Made by a program: the position numbers and the translations under genes. From positions 1 to 64,000 of the IMG/VR virus record IMGVR_UViG_3300026382_000009: a stretch of DNA of 64,000 nucleotides, one strand, 5' to 3'. The first letter of the stretch is position 1. Every line of letters begins with the position of its first letter. Positions 56,570 to 64,000 of the stretch are shown piece after piece. The notes under the pieces are model-generated. The model was not told the DNA's origin. It did no database searches and saw only the letters and a list, made by a program, of their open reading frames with translations. Origin of the DNA: a virus.

Positions 56570-59143
56570 TCAAAGAGCTACCTGTATTTTTGCACCACTG
56601 TTAAATATAGCAAGTGTTACAGGAATTTCTTTAATACTTCTCGTAGGTTTAATTCCAACAAATACAGGCATTCTATTGTTATCAATATCTTCATCAGTAA
56701 TTACTGAACTTACTGCTACTTGATAATCATACAAGCCATTTTTAGTTTTAATATCTTCAAGGAAATTTGTAATAGCATTTTCAACTTCTTTCCAAGTTCT
56801 TTCTACGTTTAATTCAAATTCTTTGTATTCAAGCATATTTTTAAGTCCATATTTGATAACAATTAGTAACATTGCAACACTTCTATCATTTAATGGACTT
56901 GGTTTACTATAAAGTGTTCTGTTACCCCAAATTGCAAATCCAGAACCTTTAACATATTTAAGAGGATTAATTTTATTATCACATAAGAAATCTCTATCAC
57001 CTTCATTCGGTTTAATTTTAGAATCTATTACAACAATTTTTCCTCTTAACCATCCAGCGGCAGGATACCACATATAGTAATTTCTGTATGTATAAGATTG
57101 ACTTGCTGCTGCAAATGCATCTGGACCAACCCAAACATATTTTTGGTTATATCTATCAAATATTTTTACCCAACCTGCGAAATAGCTTGCTCTATCAGTA
57201 TCAAGATTTAATCTAGCAACATCATTTACTAATGCATTTTTCCAATCAGCTGCATCTTCAGCATTTGGATCACTTGAGATATATACATGTGTCAAATCTG
57301 TGCTTTGTGCTAATTTTACACATTCTTGAACATAAGGTGTATCATAATAACCACCTGTCATTAAAAGTGTTACTGGTGTTTCACTGTAATTCCATAATTT
57401 ATAAAGGGCATTGATCATATCACCTGTTGTGATTGCACTTCCTTGAGAACCACCTTGAAGTAAATTAACACCAGCATCTAGTAATTTTCCAGCTAATCCT
57501 CCAATATAGATTATTTTATTCAAAGGATAATTGTAAAATACTTTATCCAATTCAGTTATAGGATAATATTGTTTTCCTTTGTAAATTCCTTTTGATAAAT
57601 CATTGTATGTTTCATCAAATTTTAATACTTCAGTATTTTGAACATTACCATTTAGATCTGTATATGTTTTATCAATTTCTTCTTCTTCCAGAGGTCTATC
57701 AATAATAATGTAATTTTCAGAAGAATTAATTGATTGAACTTTGTATTCTTTTGAAATAACATCAGATCCATCAAGATTTACATCATATTTGAATTTAATT
57801 CTATCTCCCATTGATAATGAAGATACATCACTTAGGTAAACTTGCGTATGTCCTTTTAAAATATTTTCGTTTAAAGTTATTCCTGTTTCTCTAAATATTT
57901 CTTCTGGTAATCTTTGCCAATAACTATGATCAGTATACAAAGGTTTGTCTTTTACATTTTTATTATCTAGAACATTAATATATTTAGATTTTCCATTAAT
58001 GACATCTTCTAAATACAATTGATTACCAAATCCATCAATAAAGTCAGTTTTTGTTACTTCCCAAGTTTCTACTAATACTCCATCATAATAAACAAGTATT
58101 TTAAATGCTTCTTCATAATTTGTTGAAGGTGCAATTCCAATTGATACTTTATTAAATTCTACTGATGGATCTTTTCCATATACTAAAAAGCTATCTCTTT
58201 CTTCATATTCAAAATGTTCAACTTTATATAATTTAGTATCAGACGCATCAATTGTTAATTCATTATCTAAATGAATGAATTTTTGCACATAATCATAATT
58301 TTCTTTACTTTTGAATGTTGTATTAGTTCCATCAATTTGAACTGGATCACCTGATTCCATATAATCTGCATTGTATACAAGAATTTCTTTACTTGATTCA
58401 GCATCAACAGCAACTATTACAGGTTTAGTATAACTTGTGTAATTTCCATCATTATCTTTGTCTTGTAAAATTTCAGTTCCAGCTTTTACTGTAACAGGAT
58501 CTTCTAAAGTTATTTTATTCAATAAAGTATGTCTTACTTCTAAATCAACAACTTTCGCTATTTGTTTTGATTCACCATAATCAGTTTCATCATTTAGTGT
58601 ATCAAGTTTTCCATCTTCATCAGATGTAACATAATCACCTTCTTGCAAATTTCCAAATGAACTTACTTCAATATCTTTTACAGTTTGTCCTTGATATGCA
58701 GAAATATCTATACCAGTATCTACATATTGTCTATTTCCTATATAAGTTGGAAAAATAAAACTATCAACATCTTTTTGTGTTAAACCATCTTTCAATGGTT
58801 GAACAATTCTCATTTCATCTGTAAATGTTGCTAATGGATCATTTGGAACTTTTGCTACTTTACTTCTAACTAATGCAGCTGAATATTTTACATCATCATG
58901 TGCAGCTCTAACAACCCATAATTTATTTGATTCTTGCAAATAAGTTATAGCACTATAAAATTCAGGATATCTTGTATCAGGTTCACCAAAAACCTCAATA
59001 AGCTCATTTTCACTTGTAACCAAATAAGGTTTATTCACAGGTCCTTTTTTGCTTCTAATTACTATTCCACCATAAATTCCTGGTACTGATGGAACAATAG
59101 TGCTTCTATCTTGTTGTTTTATAATTACTTTTGCGCTTCCCAT
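56570..59143 (-). CDS. Tail sheath protein (gp18-like)
   Basis: KGPVNKP, FGEPD, LWVVRA, WYPAAGWLRG, INPL, IWGNRTL. Confidence 0.93.
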   Translation of the reverse strand: MGSAKVIIKQQDRSTIVPSVPGIYGGIVIRSKKGPVNKPYLVTSENELIEVFGEPDTRYPEFYSAITYLQESNKLWVVRAAHDDVKYSAALVRSKVAKVPNDPLATFTDEMRIVQPLKDGLTQKDVDSFIFPTYIGNRQYVDTGIDISAYQGQTVKDIEVSSFGNLQEGDYVTSDEDGKLDTLNDETDYGESKQIAKVVDLEVRHTLLNKITLEDPVTVKAGTEILQDKDNDGNYTSYTKPVIVAVDAESSKEILVYNADYMESGDPVQIDGTNTTFKSKENYDYVQKFIHLDNELTIDASDTKLYKVEHFEYEERDSFLVYGKDPSVEFNKVSIGIAPSTNYEEAFKILVYYDGVLVETWEVTKTDFIDGFGNQLYLEDVINGKSKYINVLDNKNVKDKPLYTDHSYWQRLPEEIFRETGITLNENILKGHTQVYLSDVSSLSMGDRIKFKYDVNLDGSDVISKEYKVQSINSSENYIIIDRPLEEEEIDKTYTDLNGNVQNTEVLKFDETYNDLSKGIYKGKQYYPITELDKVFYNYPLNKIIYIGGLAGKLLDAGVNLLQGGSQGSAITTGDMINALYKLWNYSETPVTLLMTGGYYDTPYVQECVKLAQSTDLTHVYISSDPNAEDAADWKNALVNDVARLNLDTDRASYFAGWVKIFDRYNQKYVWVGPDAFAAASQSYTYRNYYMWYPAAGWLRGKIVVIDSKIKPNEGDRDFLCDNKINPLKYVKGSGFAIWGNRTLYSKPSPLNDRSVAMLLIVIKYGLKNMLEYKEFELNVERTWKEVENAITNFLEDIKTKNGLYDYQVAVSSVITDEDIDNNRMPVFVGIKPTRSIKEIPVTLAIFNSGAKIQVAL

Positions 59144-59152
59144 AAGTGTCCT

Positions 59153-59338
59153 TTATATTTTTCTTATAATAAGTTTATCTTTGAATTTTTTTACATTTTT
59201 TATAAAAACTTTTTCATTATCGAATTCTAAAATTAATTTTTCTTTTGGAGCAATAGGAACTATATCTTCAGGCAGTCCTACACCTCCAGTGTCAATAAAT
59301 TGTTGAAATTCAGTTTTATTAATTACTGCTACTTTCAT
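59153..59338 (-). CDS. Small virion protein
   Basis: ORF with RBS between tail terminator and sheath. Confidence 0.55.
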   Translation of the reverse strand: MKVAVINKTEFQQFIDTGGVGLPEDIVPIAPKEKLILEFDNEKVFIKNVKKFKDKLIIRKI

Positions 59339-59340
59339 TT

Positions 59341-60069
59341 TTATCCTTTAAATTCTAATTTATAATCTATTTCTTTTAATGTTGGATATGTGTTTTCAAA
59401 ATTATTTAATATTGGTCCTGTTAATTCACATGAAAAAGACAATTGTTGTAAATTACCATATTTTTCAAAATCTATATGACCAACTTCAGAAATTTCTTCA
59501 AAATTTACTTGATATTCTAATTCAATAGGTTTTTCATTAATTAAAACAACAATTGTAAAAGTTCTTGGTCTCAAAAATTCTTTACAATACAAAAATTGTA
59601 AATCATTTATTATTTTAGAACTACTTGAAATAATTTGAAATTCATATTCTATTGTTCCCAATATTAAATCACGAACAATATAATTATCTGGATCGGTATT
59701 TATTTCTTCTCGTATATATTTTACAAATTCTAAAACATTTTCATCTTCGATTTTTATTTTTTGAAAATCACTCATATCAGATGTAAATACAGCTTCAAAC
59801 GATATATTGTTTAATCTGTCATCAGTTTTTTTAAGAGGACTGTATCTATATAAGAGTAAATTATAACTTTCTTTTTGTAGTTTTTCTAAATCTTCATCAG
59901 TTAATCCAGGTAATGATAAATCTTTATACATATATCTATAGTTAAGACTACTAATATATTGTTTAATTATTCCTATTTCTGAATTGTATTGTGCTTGAAT
60001 ATTTATACCATATTTTTCAAATGTTTTTACGATAAATTCAGCCATTTTGTTATGGACTATTTCTAACAT
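59341..60069 (-). CDS. Tail terminator/completion protein (gp15-like)
   Basis: Position between neck and sheath; IEYEFQI, LSFSCELTGP. Confidence 0.5.
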   Translation of the reverse strand: MLEIVHNKMAEFIVKTFEKYGINIQAQYNSEIGIIKQYISSLNYRYMYKDLSLPGLTDEDLEKLQKESYNLLLYRYSPLKKTDDRLNNISFEAVFTSDMSDFQKIKIEDENVLEFVKYIREEINTDPDNYIVRDLILGTIEYEFQIISSSSKIINDLQFLYCKEFLRPRTFTIVVLINEKPIELEYQVNFEEISEVGHIDFEKYGNLQQLSFSCELTGPILNNFENTYPTLKEIDYKLEFKG

Positions 60070-60078
60070 TTTTAAATC

Positions 60079-60648
60079 CTATAATACCTTAATAGGTTTA
60101 TAATTATTATGATTAGGTGTTTCTTCTTCTTTAGTATCTTTAACAATAGAATATTCTTCTTCAAAATTCAAAGAAGAAAATTCTTCACTATCAAATTCTG
60201 ATTTTTTTTCTTCTATTAATTCAAAATCTGTTTCTTTAGTTGTTATAACAGGAACTAAAATATATTTTCTAAAAACTATTGATTCATCATCTTTATATTC
60301 TACTTCATCATTTATTCTGAATTTTAAAACACCTGTTGGAGGGTTAACTACAATCAAAGAATATTTAGGAAATCTTTTAGTATTAGGAAGATAAAGAACA
60401 GGTTCATCCTGAGTTAAATTATCAAAAATACCTGGAAGAGTTGTTTCACCTAAAGAATAAAAAGAAGGGATAAGTAATTTTCCAGAAAAATCTGGAGTGT
60501 CCGAATATTCTATATTATCATCATAAAAGCCATGATGAAGACTTTTATCATTTTTTGGAAAATAAACATCAGCAAATACTCCATATAAGTTTGTTAAAAC
60601 TTTTATGGAAATATTTGCGCCAATTTTTATACCTTTTAATAACTTCAT
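60079..60648 (-). CDS. Neck/head completion protein (gp14-like)
   Basis: LYGVFADVYFP N-terminus; synteny. Confidence 0.5.
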   Translation of the reverse strand: MKLLKGIKIGANISIKVLTNLYGVFADVYFPKNDKSLHHGFYDDNIEYSDTPDFSGKLLIPSFYSLGETTLPGIFDNLTQDEPVLYLPNTKRFPKYSLIVVNPPTGVLKFRINDEVEYKDDESIVFRKYILVPVITTKETDFELIEEKKSEFDSEEFSSLNFEEEYSIVKDTKEEETPNHNNYKPIKVL

Positions 60649-60651
60649 TTT

Positions 60652-60837
60652 TTACTCTTTAAAAGGATATTTTCTTCCAGTTAATTTTTCAAAAATTTCT
60701 TTTTCATCTTCAATAAAAAAACTACCAATAACTTGATTATTATTTACATTTAAAAATTCAATAAATTTTTCACCATTTCTTTCTTTTATTACCGCTTTTA
60801 ATGGTTTTGTCAAAAATCTAAATAAAACTTTATTCAT
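60652..60837 (-). CDS. Small hypothetical protein
   Basis: ORF with AGGA RBS. Confidence 0.55.
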   Translation of the reverse strand: MNKVLFRFLTKPLKAVIKERNGEKFIEFLNVNNNQVIGSFFIEDEKEIFEKLTGRKYPFKE

Positions 60838-60843
60838 TTTTTT

Positions 60844-61434
60844 TTATCCTATTGCTAAATACCAATTACTATCTGTTTCAGACAATTTTTCAATAGCATT
60901 TTCAACAAGTTCTTTTCCTTGTTCATACAGTTCAGAACCATCATTTTCAAATGGAAGTTCTGTTAAATTAAATCCTTTAAATGGTTCAACTGCTGCTTGT
61001 AAATATAAACCAAGACAAATATCAATAAATTCTTTGTCTTGATTGGGATTAATATCTTTTAATATATTAGCTGCTAAAACTTCTATGTAAAAATGTCCAG
61101 AAACCTGTGACATTAATTTTTTAGTTTGTCTATCAAAAGACCAATGAAATGTCACAGGTTTATCATTGAGATAAGGAGGTGTAATAAATATATTTTTCAC
61201 ATTAAAAACATCTCGTTCATTTCCATCTTCATCTATTATTTTTGAAAAATCACTAATTCCAGATGGAATGTATTGTTTTACAATTAAGTCTTTATTTCTG
61301 TATTGATTGTAAATTGACAATGCTCTATTTGCTATAACTTCAATAACATCATCATTGATTTCTAAATTTTCTTCACCTATATAATACAGATTTGATAAAA
61401 TAAGTAATTGGTGTTTTAATTCTTGAATTGTCAT
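60844..61434 (-). CDS. Neck protein (gp13-like adaptor)
   Basis: ALSIYNQY...DGSELYEQGKELVENAIEKL pattern. Confidence 0.65.
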   Translation of the reverse strand: MTIQELKHQLLILSNLYYIGEENLEINDDVIEVIANRALSIYNQYRNKDLIVKQYIPSGISDFSKIIDEDGNERDVFNVKNIFITPPYLNDKPVTFHWSFDRQTKKLMSQVSGHFYIEVLAANILKDINPNQDKEFIDICLGLYLQAAVEPFKGFNLTELPFENDGSELYEQGKELVENAIEKLSETDSNWYLAIG

Positions 61435-61461
61435 ATTAAATTCTTTGATTTATATTTTAAT

Positions 61462-62085
61462 TTACGATAATATTCTTTCTACAAGTGTTTTAGGATCTGA
61501 AGGATTTACTGTTTCTTCAACTCTTGTTAAGTCTTCTAAAATTCTTTCAAAAAGATCTTTAGATTCTTTTAATTTTTTTTCTTCTTTTTCATCGCCTTTT
61601 TCATCGCCTTTTTCATCATCTTTTTTATCATCTTCACCATCTTCTTCGTCATCTTCTACTTCTTCATCATCTTCAGATTTATCTTCTTTCTTTTCTTCTT
61701 TTTTTCCTTTATCTTCTTTATCACCTTCTTTTTCTTTGCTTTCTTCACCATCTTTATCATCTTTATCTTTTTTATCTTTTTCACTTTCTTTATCTTCTTT
61801 ATCATCTTTTTCATCGGCTTCTTTGAGAGCTTCTTCAACTTTTTCTGCAATAATTTTTTCTAATTCTTCATCAACAGCATTAAGCATTTCTTCATCTAAG
61901 ACAATATAACCTTTTTCTTCAAGTTTTTCTTTTAATACAGCAATATCAACATATTTATCAAAATTTTCCATAAGTTCATGTTCTAGTTTGTTAAGTTCTT
62001 CTTCAGAAAGAACAACATAACCTTTTTCTTCAAGTTTTTCTTTGTATTCTTTAATTTTAATATTTTCTCTTAAATCTCTTATCAT
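61462..62085 (-). CDS. Acidic prohead core/scaffold-like protein
   Basis: Duplicated KEKLEEKGY(V/I)VL, D/E/K low-complexity linker. Confidence 0.55.
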   Translation of the reverse strand: MIRDLRENIKIKEYKEKLEEKGYVVLSEEELNKLEHELMENFDKYVDIAVLKEKLEEKGYIVLDEEMLNAVDEELEKIIAEKVEEALKEADEKDDKEDKESEKDKKDKDDKDGEESKEKEGDKEDKGKKEEKKEDKSEDDEEVEDDEEDGEDDKKDDEKGDEKGDEKEEKKLKESKDLFERILEDLTRVEETVNPSDPKTLVERILS

Positions 62086-62097
62086 ATTTTCCCCTTT

Positions 62098-62739
62098 TTA
62101 TTTTATTATTATTTTGTCATCTTTTAAAATTATTTCTAGATGTGGATATTTTTTATCAACTTGTGCAGCAATATCTGCCAATGTATCACTATCTACACCA
62201 GAAACTTCGATTCTATCATTATATATATCAACCAAAACTTTTTTGAATCCTAATGCATCAATAAATTTTGCTATTTCAATTGGGTTAAAATTAGTAGATT
62301 TTTCTTTAATTTTTTCAGATTTTTGTTCTTTTAAATCTTTATTACCTGCTACTTTTTCATTTAATTCTTTTTCTCTTACTAAAACAAGTTGTTCATCAAA
62401 AGAATAATTATAATCTTTAAGTTTTTCTTCAATTTCTTTTAATTTTTCTTTATCACCATCAATAATAAAAGCTGTTTCTTTGATTTCTAATTTTATATCA
62501 AATAAATTTTCATCCAAAAGTTCAATTAAACGTTCTAAAGTAATATTTAATTTATTTGATTTTTTAATTTCTAAAATATTTGATGATTTTATAACATACT
62601 CATTAGATGGTTCTAATGAAGCTAAAATTAAAGCTAATTGAGGTGCTGTAATATTTTTTGTTTCAACTAAAATAGAATTAGCAGTAACAGTAATAGAATC
62701 ATCATTTTCGTATAATTTAATCACATCAATAATTTCCAT
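62098..62739 (-). CDS. Hypothetical head-module protein
   Basis: ORF with AAGGA RBS downstream of MCP. Confidence 0.6.
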   Translation of the reverse strand: MEIIDVIKLYENDDSITVTANSILVETKNITAPQLALILASLEPSNEYVIKSSNILEIKKSNKLNITLERLIELLDENLFDIKLEIKETAFIIDGDKEKLKEIEEKLKDYNYSFDEQLVLVREKELNEKVAGNKDLKEQKSEKIKEKSTNFNPIEIAKFIDALGFKKVLVDIYNDRIEVSGVDSDTLADIAAQVDKKYPHLEIILKDDKIIIK

Positions 62740-62740
62740 G

Positions 62741-63073
62741 TTATTCCTTTATTTTTTTTGCTTTTCTTTTTGTTCTAGTTTTAGTTTCATTATTATTTAA
62801 TACTTTTTTCTTGTTAGCTTTTTCACTTGTATTTTCTTTTTTGTTTTCTTTTTTTACATCTTCTTCCATATCCATATTTTCTTCTGTTTCTATTTTAACA
62901 GGTTTTTCTTTTTTATATATAGGTTCAATTATAATAAATTCTTTAAAATTGTTTACAATGACTGAATTTCCATATATTTTTTTCTCAGATTTTGGTTCTA
63001 AAAAAACTTTTTCATTATTAATAATAACTTCAACTTTATATTTTGATGTATTTTTTATTTTATAACCTATCAT
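62741..63073 (-). CDS. Hypothetical protein with basic C-terminal tail
   Basis: Start moved to ATG 63073 behind AAGGA; ends KTRTKRKAKKIKE. Confidence 0.6.
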   Translation of the reverse strand: MIGYKIKNTSKYKVEVIINNEKVFLEPKSEKKIYGNSVIVNNFKEFIIIEPIYKKEKPVKIETEENMDMEEDVKKENKKENTSEKANKKKVLNNNETKTRTKRKAKKIKE

Positions 63074-63098
63074 ATAAATCCTTTTTTGTTTGATTTTT

Positions 63099-63195
63099 GA
63101 CATCTTCAAAGATTTATATATATCATATTTTAATATATGAGTTTAATATATAAATTTGATATGTAATTTTTAATATATAAATCTTTGAAAATGTC
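63099..63195 (-). repeat. 22-bp inverted repeat around an AT-rich loop
   Basis: 63099-63120 vs 63174-63195; the single mismatch is G-U on the minus strand. Confidence 0.8.
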
Positions 63196-63208
63196 CCAAA
63201 AAGGGACA
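63187..63208 (-). terminator. Intrinsic terminator after major capsid gene
   Basis: TGTCCC-TTTTT-GGGACA-TTTT. Confidence 0.65.
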
Positions 63209-63213
63209 AAAGA

Positions 63214-63999
63214 TTAAAGGTTTTTAAGAACGATTTTTGTCATCATTCCAGGAATTACAGCTTTTACACCACTTACAGTTGCAATTCCTTTTTGAGATCT
63301 TAAAGGATTCAAGTTTACAGAACCTGCAAGATCAGTTAATGTAATAGGCATATAATCAGCTTTTACAAGTCCAGCTTCAAAAATTCCACTACCTTTTGTG
63401 ATATATACAATTTCATTTGCTGGAACAACAGTAGATCTAATAACAACTTGTCCATTTAATGTTCCAACAACCATTGTTCCAACACCATTAAATCCTGTTC
63501 CAACACTTTGGAAACCTGGTAATCCCATAATATATGCTGTCGCAGCAGTTCCTGCAACAAGAACACCTTTATCTGTCAATCTTCCAGCATTGTTAAGAAC
63601 ATTTGCTTGAGCTTGTGGAATAACACTTGTCATAAATGCAAGTTTATGTTCAATTTGTGATACACCACTTGGAGGTGTAACATCCCAATCAACAACACCT
63701 TGAGCATTGTTATATGCTTCTTTTACAAGAGCTGCACTTAAAAGTGCTACAAGTTCAGTTGTTAAATCTTTAGCAAGCATTTCTTCTGCATTCAATCCAA
63801 ATCTTTTTTGGATTGCATATTGTTTTAACAAGCTTAATTCTGTTCTAAGTGCAAATACTTTTGTTGTAATAGTTGTTGATTTATATTCTGTAAGAATAGT
63901 TGGAATTTCATCATTTTTATTGCTATCAAATGCAGTTTCATATTCTATAATGATTTTTTCACCATTTCCTGGTGCTGTTTCAAAATGAACAGTAACTGC
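63214..63999 (-). CDS. Major capsid protein (gp23-like), 5' partial
   Basis: Frame stays open to the window end; IPTI...TKVFALRTE...RFGLNAEEML, VGTLNG, ADYMPI match the gp23 C-terminal pattern. Confidence 0.88.
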   Translation of the reverse strand, partial: AVTVHFETAPGNGEKIIIEYETAFDSNKNDEIPTILTEYKSTTITTKVFALRTELSLLKQYAIQKRFGLNAEEMLAKDLTTELVALLSAALVKEAYNNAQGVVDWDVTPPSGVSQIEHKLAFMTSVIPQAQANVLNNAGRLTDKGVLVAGTAATAYIMGLPGFQSVGTGFNGVGTMVVGTLNGQVVIRSTVVPANEIVYITKGSGIFEAGLVKADYMPITLTDLAGSVNLNPLRSQKGIATVSGVKAVIPGMMTKIVLKNL

Positions 64000-64000
64000 A

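Noticed and set aside
56557-56570. ATCCC-AAAA-GGGAT hairpin after sheath as a terminator
   Set aside because: Only 5 bp and not followed by a U-tract on the coding strand; the tube gene must be co-expressed
61656-61850. Lys-rich 64-aa minus-strand ORF
   Set aside because: Alternative-frame reading of the low-complexity acidic linker of 61462-62085
624-63988. Plus-strand ORFs in the track (e.g. 1389-1772, 16281-16763, 17091-17678, 52876-53376, 61445-61909)
   Set aside because: All overlap well-supported minus-strand genes and are F/S/L/I-rich antisense shadows of K/E-rich coding sequence
1-64000. Stop-codon reassignment
   Set aside because: Genes are full length and densely packed under the standard code; TAG and TGA terminate well-defined genes such as tube and sheath
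1-64000. tRNA genes, introns, inteins or homing endonucleases
   Set aside because: No cloverleaf or TTCGA motif in the intergenic gaps; terminase, UvsX, gp44 and gp46 are uninterrupted and of normal size; 15568-16077 fits endonuclease VII

Overview
Very AT-rich 64 kb segment of a large lytic tailed phage (contractile tail, T4-like gene content). Essentially every credible gene is on the minus strand, and the plus-strand ORFs in the track are antisense shadows. 1-8 kb: replication/recombination and late-transcription genes (UvsX/RecA, clamp loader gp44, gp59-like, gp33-like, gp46/gp47). 8-15 kb: accessory cluster of small proteins with shared N-termini, an SLT-type muramidase, a ligase-like/HIGH-nucleotidyltransferase fusion, a PD-(D/E)xK-like protein and a Pol-beta-type nucleotidyltransferase. 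15-23 kb: gp55 late sigma, endonuclease VII, protease-scaffold, portal and large terminase. 23-27 kb: lysis cassette (GH108 endolysin, holin, spanins) containing a GGDEF-domain gene. 27-43 kb: tail fibre/receptor-binding proteins with repeated chaperones. 43-64 kb: baseplate, split gp5, tape measure, tube, sheath, neck and the 3' part of the major capsid gene. The host is probably Gram-negative (spanins); Campylobacterota is a guess from composition and AAGGA-type RBSs. Most notable non-obvious signals: a 27-nt-periodic CAACT-N6-AGTTG hairpin array with a mutually exclusive 22-bp stem next to an RBS (30.96-31.1 kb); a family of promoter/long-stem-loop/RBS leaders whose mismatches are mostly G-U on the transcribed strand; a CCC-TAA +1 frameshift into an unannotated ORF before the tape measure gene; and the three-enzyme nucleotidyltransferase cluster. 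All functional calls come from motif recognition by eye; no database search was run.
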